Source: Polyangiaceae bacterium
GTDB lineage: Bacteria; Myxococcota_A; Polyangia; Polyangiales; Polyangiaceae
Direction: 5' to 3'
NCBI GenBank assembly: GCA_033763455.1
Contig: JANRKO010000006.1
Location: 192,001-256,000 of the forward strand
Length of the DNA stretch: 64,000 bases
Part shown: positions 8,467-16,926 of the stretch, one piece after another
Layout: every line of letters starts with the position of its first letter
Numbering within the stretch: position 1 is the first letter of the stretch
Position numbers and translations under genes: made by a program
The notes under the pieces: model-generated
What the model was told of the DNA's origin: nothing
Databases searched by the model: none
Seen by the model: only the letters and a program-made list of their open reading frames with translations

Positions 8467-10056
8467 TCAGTGGGTCTGCTCTTTGGTCTTCACGAATCTG
8501 AGCTTCGGGTAGTCCTTCTGGGCTGTTTCCAGGTGCCAAGCATTGCGGGCCAAAAATACGAGGGCGCCGGTGTGGTCGTCGGCTACTGCACCCTGGTTCT
8601 CTTCTGCAAACTTGCGCAGCTGAGTGGCGTCGTCCGCCTCGACCCATCGGGCCGTGTGAAGCGATGTTCCTTCGAAATGCACGGCAATATCGTATTCGGT
8701 GCGGATACGGTCGGCTAACACGTCGAACTGCAATGAACCCACCACCCCAACAATCCAATTGGAGCCAATTCTTGTCTTGAAGACGCTGGCAGCGCCTTCT
8801 TCAGCTAACTGCTCAAGCGCGCGCTGCAAATGCTTGGCGCGCATCGGATCGGCAGGGCGCACCGTTTGTAGGAGCTCGGGCGCGAAGCTTGGGATGCCTG
8901 TGAAGTGAAGATCTTCACCTTCGGTGAGAGTATCCCCGACGCGCAACTTGCCGTGATTCGGGATGCCGATAATATCGCCAGCGTAAGCTTCTTCGGCCAG
9001 GCCGCGCTCCTGGGCCAAAAAGAGGACAGCATTGTGCACTTTGAGGGCGGTATTGCTCTGCACGTGCTTGAGCTTCATTCCGCGCACAAAGTGGCCCGAG
9101 CAGAGCCGTACGAAGGCGATGCGGTCCCGGTGCTTCGGGTCCATGTTCGCTTGGATCTTAAACACCACACCGGTAACAGCGGGCTCGGTGGCTTGAACTA
9201 TCCGTTCAACCGCGGGGCGCGTGGTGGGGCACGGAGCGTGATCGCAGAGGCCTTTGAGGAGCTCGCGCACGCCGAAATTGTTCAGGGCGCTGCCAAAGTA
9301 AACGGGCGTTAAGTGCCCTTCGAGGTAAGCCTTGCGATCAAAAGGCTTGCACAACCCTCGCGCCATTTCGACCTCATCCCTGAGCTTCTTCAAGGCTTCG
9401 GCGGGTAGCAACTGTTCGAGCTTCGGATCATCCAGACCTTTGCACGGAATGCCTTCCGGTACGCGTGTCATGGTGCCTTTCGGCATTGGTACGAATTCAT
9501 CGCGAACCAGATCGTAACAACCGAGGAAAGAATGCCCCATGCCTACGGGCCAGCTTGCTGGCGTCGCATCCAGCGCGAGCGATTGCTCCACTTCGTCGAG
9601 CAGCTCAAATGGCTCCATGCCCTCGCGATCCAGCTTATTTACGAAGGTGATCACGGGTACATCCCGGATGCGGCAGACTTCGAAGAGTTTGCGTGTTTGC
9701 CCTTCAATACCTTTGGCGACGTCGAGCACCATGATGGCTGAATCCACAGCCGTGAGCGTGCGATACGTGTCTTCGCTGAAGTCTTGGTGGCCGGGAGTAT
9801 CCAAGAGATTGAAGGTGCGGTCGTCGTACTCGAACGTCATGGCCGACGCCGTTACGGAGATGCCGCGCTCGCGTTCCACCTTCATCCAATCTGAATGAGT
9901 TCGGCGTTGTTCGCCGCGTGCCCGCACCGCTCCTGCCAACTGAATGGCGCCACCGAACAGCAGGAGCTTCTCAGTGAGCGTGGTTTTCCCCGCGTCCGGG
10001 TGCGCGATGATGGCAAAGGTGCGGCGCCGTGAAATAACGCGCGAAAGGTCGTCCAT
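8467..10056 (-). CDS. prfC: Peptide chain release factor 3
   Basis: RRTFAIIAHPDAGKTTLTEKLLL, DTPGHQDFSEDTYR, NKLDR, FKIQANMDPKHRDRIAF. Start reassigned to ATG 10056 (529 aa). Confidence 0.97.
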   Translation of the reverse strand: MDDLSRVISRRRTFAIIAHPDAGKTTLTEKLLLFGGAIQLAGAVRARGEQRRTHSDWMKVERERGISVTASAMTFEYDDRTFNLLDTPGHQDFSEDTYRTLTAVDSAIMVLDVAKGIEGQTRKLFEVCRIRDVPVITFVNKLDREGMEPFELLDEVEQSLALDATPASWPVGMGHSFLGCYDLVRDEFVPMPKGTMTRVPEGIPCKGLDDPKLEQLLPAEALKKLRDEVEMARGLCKPFDRKAYLEGHLTPVYFGSALNNFGVRELLKGLCDHAPCPTTRPAVERIVQATEPAVTGVVFKIQANMDPKHRDRIAFVRLCSGHFVRGMKLKHVQSNTALKVHNAVLFLAQERGLAEEAYAGDIIGIPNHGKLRVGDTLTEGEDLHFTGIPSFAPELLQTVRPADPMRAKHLQRALEQLAEEGAASVFKTRIGSNWIVGVVGSLQFDVLADRIRTEYDIAVHFEGTSLHTARWVEADDATQLRKFAEENQGAVADDHTGALVFLARNAWHLETAQKDYPKLRFVKTKEQTH

Positions 10057-10276
10057 TGGCGGGCACTGGGTAGCGCTCTCGGTTCGGCCAAACAAGCGCT
10101 GCTCTGAAGTAGCCGAAAAACTGTGAAATTCCGGGCTCTGTGTGTGCAAAGATGCGTCTCTGGCGGAATCGTCGATTCCTAGCGGCGGGGGGAGTGAGCC
10201 GCCCTCGACATTGCCGGGCACATGGCTAGTCTCCCTGCGCCGACGGCGGGGCAATCTCACGTCTAGCGAAAAACTC

Positions 10277-11371
10277 ATGGCTCATCCTCAAAGTCTCACG
10301 GGCACAGCAAACAAGGTTGCCTCCGATCAGAAGGAGCGCCCGGCTGGGCCTACGTCATGGATCCCGGAGCGTCAGCAGCCTCTCGATACTGAGGATATTG
10401 ATTCAGAGTGGCCTGCAGAGCCTGACGAGAACTTGAAGCTTGCGGTTGCTATGCCGCAGGTTCCGAAGGGGCCTTCAGTGCCGGCGGACTTGCTGCGTGT
10501 TGCCGAAGAGATCGATTCGGAGTGGCCAGACGCGCCGCCTGAGCCGGCAAACGTTGCGGCTCAACACCCCGTAGCTGTTCCCAAAGCGCCCGGATTGCCT
10601 AAAGATCTGAACGTCGCCGAGGAAGCGAATGTGGAGGCCGTTAGACGCGCAAGCGACGACGTGAAACCTCCAGAGGTGACAAGTCCCGAAAATGCAAAGG
10701 TTTCAGGGAAACCGAGCGCGCGGCCTTTGCCGCTCGTGCCGAGCCATATTCAGGATCCCTTCGTTGAAGCGAAGGGTACCCGTGGCCTGCTCATCGCGCT
10801 CATGGCTGTCGTCGCCGTCGCGGCCGTGTTGGTCCTCGTAATTCGCAGCCAGAATCACGTCGAATTGCCTGCCCCCCAGGCTCAGCGTCCAACCGCAGTC
10901 GCCGCGACACCCAAGGCCGCGGCACCCAATCCGGACCTGGCCCCAGAGGCGAAACCCGCGCCTCCGGCAACGGTGGCTGTTATGGACGAGGAGGCTGCAA
11001 AAACAGCTCCAGAGGCCGCGGTTGCACCCCCATCGGCCGAAGCTGGCACTTTAGCCGTCGCTGGCAAAAAACCTGTGCTTATCGAGACGTTCCCAATCTC
11101 AGCACGCGTGTACGTGATTGAAGGTACCAAGTGGATCGACCAAGGCTTTGCTCCGGCCACCGTGGAGGTCTCGTCGGGTGCCACGCTTCGCGTGATGTTG
11201 GTGAAGGAAGGCTTCCGCCGTCGCCAGCTAAAGGTGGACGGAACCGAAGCACGGCTCAAAGTGGGGTTGGTGGAACAAATACCCGCGCCGGGTGGAAACG
11301 AACAAGCAACCACCGGTGAACCTCCTGCAGCTCCCCCTGAGCAGGCACCCGCAGTCACGGCTACTCCCTGA
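10277..11371 (+). CDS. Pro/Ala-rich single-pass membrane protein with C-terminal PEGA-like domain
   Basis: Repeated IDSEWP motif; TM segment LLIALMAVVAVAAVLVLVI; IETFPISARVYV...G.AP..V...KEGF. Confidence 0.6.
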   Translation: MAHPQSLTGTANKVASDQKERPAGPTSWIPERQQPLDTEDIDSEWPAEPDENLKLAVAMPQVPKGPSVPADLLRVAEEIDSEWPDAPPEPANVAAQHPVAVPKAPGLPKDLNVAEEANVEAVRRASDDVKPPEVTSPENAKVSGKPSARPLPLVPSHIQDPFVEAKGTRGLLIALMAVVAVAAVLVLVIRSQNHVELPAPQAQRPTAVAATPKAAAPNPDLAPEAKPAPPATVAVMDEEAAKTAPEAAVAPPSAEAGTLAVAGKKPVLIETFPISARVYVIEGTKWIDQGFAPATVEVSSGATLRVMLVKEGFRRRQLKVDGTEARLKVGLVEQIPAPGGNEQATTGEPPAAPPEQAPAVTATP

Positions 11372-11457
11372 GTAGTCGCGGGAGCTAACCGGAGCGCGTC
11401 GTACGTGCGAAGGCAAGAGTAGCATTGTTGCAAAGAAATCGCGAGGCGCGCCTCGAT

Positions 11458-13302
11458 CTAATTATCGTGGCCCACCGCCAAGGCCAACCCGCCCTCACGC
11501 TGATCCGCAACGCCGTACGCAGTGCCGCCAACCACAATGATGTTGTTGGCGTCGCCGAATGGAGCGCGAGAGGTTATCTTGTGACCGCGTAGCTTTAGGT
11601 TGGCAATTACGTCGCTTGGGAGCGCGGAGGACCTTTCCACTTGCAGGGCATCTGGCACGAACCCGTGGTGCACTCTTAGCGCGGCGACCGCTGCGTCGAG
11701 GGGCTCCCTATGATCGACTAGATGCGTGAGCACTTGCGCCACCGTGCTCGGGATAGTGTCTCCGCCTGGTGAGCCCAAAATGAGTGTAGTGCCGTCTGGC
11801 GCGGTAACAAGCGTGGGGGCCATGGAGCTTGTGGTGCGAAAGCCTGGAGCTACCGTGTTGGCTCCAGCGGTGCCGAACGCTGCCACCGAATTGTTGAGCA
11901 GAAAGCCGGTGCCTGGAGCTACAATTTTAGCCCCAAAGGCCGCAGAAAGGGTCGTTGTTAGGCTAACTACCATGCCTTCCTTATCCACCACAGAGAGGTG
12001 AGTGGTGTGTTCAAGTTCCTTCATGGCTTCGTTGTAGAGGGGGTGCAAGGTCGAGGAGGGGATCGCTTTCTCCATGGTCAACGGGTGATCGGGGAAGGGC
12101 AAAGGACCCGTTTGCCAGACAGCGCGCGCGGTATCGTTGGCTGCTGGCGGAAAGCGATCCGGGTCAGCGACGCTGAAGCGACGTTCGGCCTGGGCGCGCT
12201 TGGAGGCTTCGGCAAAGAGGTGCAATGCGTCAGCGGATAAGTGCGAAAAACGCTCGCCGCGGTTGGTTTCCAAAAAGCGAAGCAGCAACAACAAGGTGAC
12301 GCCACCCGCAGAAGGCGGGGGCATCGTTTCGACGCGCCAACCATGATAGGTGAGCACCAATGGCTCCCGAAGTTTTGCCTCGTAACGCGTGACATCATCG
12401 AGGGAGATAAGACCGCCTTTGCCAAGTGATGCGAGCGCTTTGGCGACACTCCCGGCATAGAACCCTTCGCGCCCCTCCGCCGCAATAAATCCAAGCGTTT
12501 TGGCCAGATCCGGGCGCTTCACAAGTGTGCCCGCCGAGGGGGGCGCGCCTTTGTTCGTACCCAAAGCGCTCAGGCTTCGGGGGTGTCGCCCAAGGGACTT
12601 CCAGTTCCACTTTATAGTTAACGCTTCACGCCTTCCCATGCGGTGTCCACGTTCGGCCAGGGCAATGGCTGGTGCTACGAGTTCACGCCAAGGCCTTGTG
12701 CCGAGCTTCTGGTGCAAGAGAAAAAGCCCGGCAACCGTGCCAGGGATCCCAACGGCGGCAGGGCCTTGGGCGCCGTCGCGAAGCATCTTGTTGAAGTTCG
12801 TTTGGGTAAGTGCTCGTGGGGCCGTTTCCCGAAAGTCGATGGCGATGGTTGCCCCGTGGGCGGGGCGAGCCAGAAGAAAACCGCCGCCACCGAGGTTTCC
12901 AGCACTCGGATGGGTGACGGCCAAAGCGAAGGCGGTGGCGATGGCGGCATCGGCCGCGTTGCCGCCGTTCTCAAGGATCTGAACGCCAATGCGGGTCGCG
13001 TTGTCTTCAACTGAGGTGACGATGCCCGCGCGGCCACTGACCGCGAGCGGCCCGCCGCTGAGCGTGGGACCCGGCGTACTGGAAGGTGCGCTCGGCACAG
13101 ATCCTTGCGCGTGAGCGGGAACGCCCTGTGGCGCTTGGTGCTTCGGCGGTAAAGTAGAGGCAACGCTTGGCGCGCGCGTTTGCGGGGGAGGCTCGTGTGG
13201 GCTGCAGCCCAGCGCTACAAGCAAGAGCATGCGACCCACTTGTGCGCATCCGACCCTCTGGGATGTCCACAGAAGCGAGGGCGAGGGGGGCACGTTTCTC
13301 AC
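11458..13302 (-). CDS. ggt: Gamma-glutamyltransferase (probably a lipoprotein)
   Basis: GGNAADAAIA, AGNLGGGGF, IDFRETAP, PPPSAGG, catalytic HTTHLSVVD, SSMAPT, GSPGG; lipobox ALGC. Start uncertain (13302/13293). Confidence 0.95.
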   Translation of the reverse strand: MRNVPPSPSLLWTSQRVGCAQVGRMLLLVALGCSPHEPPPQTRAPSVASTLPPKHQAPQGVPAHAQGSVPSAPSSTPGPTLSGGPLAVSGRAGIVTSVEDNATRIGVQILENGGNAADAAIATAFALAVTHPSAGNLGGGGFLLARPAHGATIAIDFRETAPRALTQTNFNKMLRDGAQGPAAVGIPGTVAGLFLLHQKLGTRPWRELVAPAIALAERGHRMGRREALTIKWNWKSLGRHPRSLSALGTNKGAPPSAGTLVKRPDLAKTLGFIAAEGREGFYAGSVAKALASLGKGGLISLDDVTRYEAKLREPLVLTYHGWRVETMPPPSAGGVTLLLLLRFLETNRGERFSHLSADALHLFAEASKRAQAERRFSVADPDRFPPAANDTARAVWQTGPLPFPDHPLTMEKAIPSSTLHPLYNEAMKELEHTTHLSVVDKEGMVVSLTTTLSAAFGAKIVAPGTGFLLNNSVAAFGTAGANTVAPGFRTTSSMAPTLVTAPDGTTLILGSPGGDTIPSTVAQVLTHLVDHREPLDAAVAALRVHHGFVPDALQVERSSALPSDVIANLKLRGHKITSRAPFGDANNIIVVGGTAYGVADQREGGLALAVGHDN

Positions 13303-13334
13303 CCTAGCGTGAACGATCTTGATAGAGTAGGGGC

Positions 13335-13853
13335 ATGTCAGACGTTGATTTTCGGCCGCTAGGGATCGCGGTGCTCACGGTGAGCGACACAAGAACGCTG
13401 GCCACCGACAGCAGCGGAGCCACCGCGGTGGAAATGCTCCAGAATGCGGGCCACGAGATCCTTGGCCGGACGATTGTTAAGGACGATGTGGAGTTGCTGC
13501 GGACAGCAGTGAAGGCGTGGCTTGCTGACAGCCGAATCGAGGTGGTGGTGACGACCGGAGGAACGGGCATCACCCAGCGCGACGTCACGCCAGAAGCTCT
13601 ATCTCCGCTGATCACTAAGCCCATCGAAGGCTTTGGCGAACTTTTTCGCTACTTGAGCTACGCCGAGATTGGGACGGCTACCGTTCAGTCGCGCGCGTTC
13701 GGTGGCTTGTGTGGAACCACGCTTTTGTTTGCTCTCCCAGGCTCGACGGGAGCTGTGCGCCTGGGGCTGGAGAAAATTCTCCTGCCCCAGCTGGATAGTC
13801 GCACTCGCCCCTGCAATTTTTCCGAGTTGTTGCCACGTATTCGGTGTGAGTGA
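13335..13853 (+). CDS. moaB: Molybdenum cofactor biosynthesis protein B
   Basis: [46 protein letters not shown]. Confidence 0.93.
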   Translation: MSDVDFRPLGIAVLTVSDTRTLATDSSGATAVEMLQNAGHEILGRTIVKDDVELLRTAVKAWLADSRIEVVVTTGGTGITQRDVTPEALSPLITKPIEGFGELFRYLSYAEIGTATVQSRAFGGLCGTTLLFALPGSTGAVRLGLEKILLPQLDSRTRPCNFSELLPRIRCE

Positions 13854-13869
13854 AGAGGCTTGAGACTCC

Positions 13870-14847
13870 CTAACGGCGGCGCTCCGAAAGCACGATAAGG
13901 CCTGGATCTTTGCGGCTAAGCGCGCGTAGGTCTCCTGAATCTGCAGCGACCACCGGCGTCCCGAGTGCCCTCGCCTCACGCACCACAGACGACGCACCCT
14001 CGTGTTCCGAAGGGTGCACCAAAACGTCTGCCACACTTATGAGTCCCAGTGCCAGGGGTCGTGGCAGCTGCCCGACAAAGCGAACGTTCGGAAAATGCGA
14101 ACTCAAAGGCTCTAAAAGAGGGCCCTCGCCCGCGACCACTACCTGAGCCCCCGGCACGGGAGAGACTGCACGGAGAGCCATTTCAACGCGCTTTTCTGGC
14201 ACAAGGCGCGCCACGATCGCTATCAGCGGGCGGGCTTGGGAAAGCTCGAGGCAAGCTCTGGTTTCCGCTTTACCCGCGGCATCTAGCGCGAGTGCACAAG
14301 GCTTCACGTATATCTCGGGCAGCTCGTGTTTTCTAAACCGGTGTTCAATTCGCTCCCGCTGTGCCTCACTTACCAGCCGCAGCGTGCACCGGTTGCGCTT
14401 GAGCATCTCAAGGTACGCTCCACCGAACATCGACGGGAGTCGAAGCAGGAGCTCCACGTCCGTGCCGTGCCCAACAATCTCTGGCTTCTCACTCATCGTG
14501 AAAGGAAGGAGCGCACCGGCAGGAAATAACCAATGGAAAATAATGCGATCCCAAGGCCCCAATTGAGTGAGCTTTTGCTGGGCGCGCCATGCGAACGAGA
14601 AGATTCCAAAAATTCGTCTTGGGTCGGATTTCAGACGGGTGGCTAACCCCGGCCAGCCAAACGCAGCAATGCGACCTAACCAAGCCACCGTATAAGCGTT
14701 AGCTTGAGAGTCTGATTGGCCCGGAGCGACAACCGTTACGTTGTGTCCGGCCTTGGCCAAATGGTTCACCTCGGCTTGCACAAAATGGCCTGCAGCGTCG
14801 CCCGGCCTCTCGGGAAAGGACGACGTGACGACTGCAATCCGAGCCAT
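13870..14847 (-). CDS. Glycosyltransferase family 4
   Basis: VVTSSFP..GD.AG.FV, VARLVPEKRV, AGEGP, PSEHEGASSVVREARALGTPVVA. Confidence 0.85.
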   Translation of the reverse strand: MARIAVVTSSFPERPGDAAGHFVQAEVNHLAKAGHNVTVVAPGQSDSQANAYTVAWLGRIAAFGWPGLATRLKSDPRRIFGIFSFAWRAQQKLTQLGPWDRIIFHWLFPAGALLPFTMSEKPEIVGHGTDVELLLRLPSMFGGAYLEMLKRNRCTLRLVSEAQRERIEHRFRKHELPEIYVKPCALALDAAGKAETRACLELSQARPLIAIVARLVPEKRVEMALRAVSPVPGAQVVVAGEGPLLEPLSSHFPNVRFVGQLPRPLALGLISVADVLVHPSEHEGASSVVREARALGTPVVAADSGDLRALSRKDPGLIVLSERRR

Positions 14848-14853
14848 GCTTCG

Positions 14854-15207
14854 CTAAACGCGGCCGAGGCGGCCCATAACGATGAGCCCGTCCCCGCCGT
14901 GCTCTTCTAGGAGTGCGCCCAGGTGCCGGAGGTAGCGGAAGCTGTAGATCCCGGAATTGTGGCCATCGCCCCAGGTGAGGCCGAGGGCGTAGTTGCCGAT
15001 GGGCTCCAGCCCGCGGAGCTCAAGGTTCCCATCCTTTTGGAAGGTGATTTCTCCAGAGTGCCCTTGGCAGGCGGCGCAGGGGCAAAATCCGCGCAAAATC
15101 ACATGTGGGTAGAGGTTGCGATGCCCGTCGCCCCACGAAATCTCCAGGTCTCGGGCGCCGTGGGGGGCTTTCACGCCGGTTGGGGTAAGGCTCGGGTTGG
15201 TAGTCAT
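14854..15207 (-). CDS. DUF971 / GBBH-like N-terminal domain protein
   Basis: WGDGH...LRGFCPCAACQGH...IGNYAL.LTWGDGHNSGIYSFRYL. Confidence 0.9.
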   Translation of the reverse strand: MTTNPSLTPTGVKAPHGARDLEISWGDGHRNLYPHVILRGFCPCAACQGHSGEITFQKDGNLELRGLEPIGNYALGLTWGDGHNSGIYSFRYLRHLGALLEEHGGDGLIVMGRLGRV

Positions 15208-15254
15208 ACGGCCATTACTTTCGTTCGGAGCCCGTAACCTAGGCTTTTTGGGGG

Positions 15255-15283
15255 TTGCAATAGGGGGGCCAGAATGTCATATC
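15255..15283 (+). promoter_or_regulatory. Candidate sigma70-type promoter for rpsU
   Basis: TTGCAA-N17-CATATC with an extended -10 TG. Confidence 0.45.
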
Positions 15284-15292
15284 AGCCGCCCC

Positions 15293-15523
15293 TTGGCGAA
15301 CCCGAACGAGACCGTCCAGTGCAAGCCCCTTGAAGTCGCCGTAGGCGACAAGGGGATCGAACGTGCCATCAAGCACCTTAAGCGTCGTATGGCTGCTGAA
15401 GGTATTCTGCGCGAGCTTAAACGCCGCCGGCACTATATGAAGCCTTCAGTAAAGAAGCGCAAAAAGATGAGCGAGGCAGCTCGCCGTCGTCGTAAGCGCG
15501 TCCGTCCCGACGAACGGATGTAG
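15293..15523 (+). CDS. rpsU: 30S ribosomal protein S21 (bS21)
   Basis: IERAIKHLKRRMAAEGILRELKRRRHYMKPSVKKRKK..EAARRRRK; TTG start at 15293 inferred. Confidence 0.92.
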   Translation: MANPNETVQCKPLEVAVGDKGIERAIKHLKRRMAAEGILRELKRRRHYMKPSVKKRKKMSEAARRRRKRVRPDERM

Positions 15524-15611
15524 CGTCAGCGCGCGTTCGTTTCGGTGAGCGCGCCTTGAAGTTTACAGCGTATTTTTGGCCGGGTTGAACCCAGCCGGCT
15601 AACCTTGAACG

Positions 15612-16892
15612 GTGACAACCTCTGTTGCCCAAGGCGCCCAACTTGTGGCCCACCCGCCGATTCGGCTGAGGTGGGTTTTAATGTTGGCGCTTGGTGTTGG
15701 GGTCCTGGCCTTCAGTGTACCGAGGGCGATTTCGGCTTGGCGTATGTACACCGTAGGACCCGCCGCCGCCGACTATGCGCTGTGTATGGCCGGCCCTACA
15801 GGACTGGGGCTTTTTCGCACTTCACCTGCTGAATTTCGAAAGCTGGTCCGACGTCGGCTAGTGGCGGCCGGAGCTCAGGACCGTCCGTTTGCTCGCTGTG
15901 CGGCGCTGGCTGAAAAGCTCGGAGCCAGCGCACGAGAAAAGAGTGCACTTGGAGCTCCTGCCGCGCTTTTTCAGGAATGGGAAGCCGGCGGCCAAAGCAG
16001 CTATTCTCTGGAAGACTTCGGTCTCAGCATCGCCCCGGTGAATGAGCTCTACGAACGCGCCTGGCCTTGGCTCAGAGGGGATCCGGGTCGACTCATCCAG
16101 GCGTCCCTCTTGCCGCCCACCGCGGTCCATCCGCGCGAACCCACGAGACCCGCGATGGGTCGAGGCTTGCCTGACCGAGCGAGTTGGCACCGGGCGGTCT
16201 CTTTTGGTCCAGGTCAGGCGCAGGTGACCTTTTCAAGCGGTTCCAGTTTCTCAACTTATACCTCTACCGATGGCTACAATTGGAGGGAAGTTCCGCGTTC
16301 ACGCGCAGACCATGCAGAACGTTGCTCTGGTTCATCGAGCTCATATTCCGCACAGGTAGGCCTCGATGCAGTTTCGCGTACGCCGCAGGTTCGCACCTTT
16401 AGAGGTAAACTGTTGATTTCGGAGACACCGGTTGTGCCGTCTGGCGAAATTGTCGCGACAAGCTGCGATGATCGCGGTCTTTTGCTTCTGGTTCGGCGAG
16501 GAAAGGAACAGCGACTAGGCCTCTGCTTGTATCAGGAACGTTGCCGAGAGCTAGCACTCCCGACGTTGGGTACAGGCCTCAGCCTGGAGAAGTACCCTCT
16601 TGATATCGCCAGAGCCAACGGCACAACCGTGGTTGCCGTAACGATGGGAGCCTTGGTGCGAGTGGCCTCTACGCGCAACGATGGGGTCAGCTGGACACCG
16701 TTCTCAGTGGCCTTTGATGCGCTCGAGTGGGGGCAAGGTGGCGGCCCCGAGACCCTTCCGAATCACCTGCTCGCTCTTGGGGCCAAGGTAACGCTCTACG
16801 CGGGCTTCCGGCAGATGGGCGCGGTGTACCCGGTGTTGGTGTCCGAAGACTTCGGTGCGAGCTTTCGGGGTGCCCGAGAATCTAAGCATTGA
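15612..16892 (+). CDS. Membrane-anchored protein with Asp-box (BNR)-like motifs
   Basis: N-terminal hydrophobic segment; STDGYNW, STRNDGVSW, SEDFGASF motifs. Confidence 0.55.
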   Translation: MTTSVAQGAQLVAHPPIRLRWVLMLALGVGVLAFSVPRAISAWRMYTVGPAAADYALCMAGPTGLGLFRTSPAEFRKLVRRRLVAAGAQDRPFARCAALAEKLGASAREKSALGAPAALFQEWEAGGQSSYSLEDFGLSIAPVNELYERAWPWLRGDPGRLIQASLLPPTAVHPREPTRPAMGRGLPDRASWHRAVSFGPGQAQVTFSSGSSFSTYTSTDGYNWREVPRSRADHAERCSGSSSSYSAQVGLDAVSRTPQVRTFRGKLLISETPVVPSGEIVATSCDDRGLLLLVRRGKEQRLGLCLYQERCRELALPTLGTGLSLEKYPLDIARANGTTVVAVTMGALVRVASTRNDGVSWTPFSVAFDALEWGQGGGPETLPNHLLALGAKVTLYAGFRQMGAVYPVLVSEDFGASFRGARESKH

Positions 16893-16926
16893 GCGCGCGT
16901 TTTCCTCAAGCGCCCTTAGCCCCCGG

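Larger units (their letters stand above)
8196..8476. repeat. 23-bp direct repeat (1 mismatch) 258 bp apart; one copy overlaps the prfC stop codon
   Basis: CGAATCCTGCCGATCAGTG(C/G)GTC at 8196-8218 and 8454-8476. Confidence 0.9.

Noticed and set aside
10057..10278. 74-aa N-terminal extension of RF3
   Set aside because: RF3 similarity begins at ATG 10056; the extension spans the divergent promoter region.
15116..15292. Long N-terminal extension of bS21
   Set aside because: Overlaps the DUF971 gene and the candidate promoter; a later start fits normal bS21 size.
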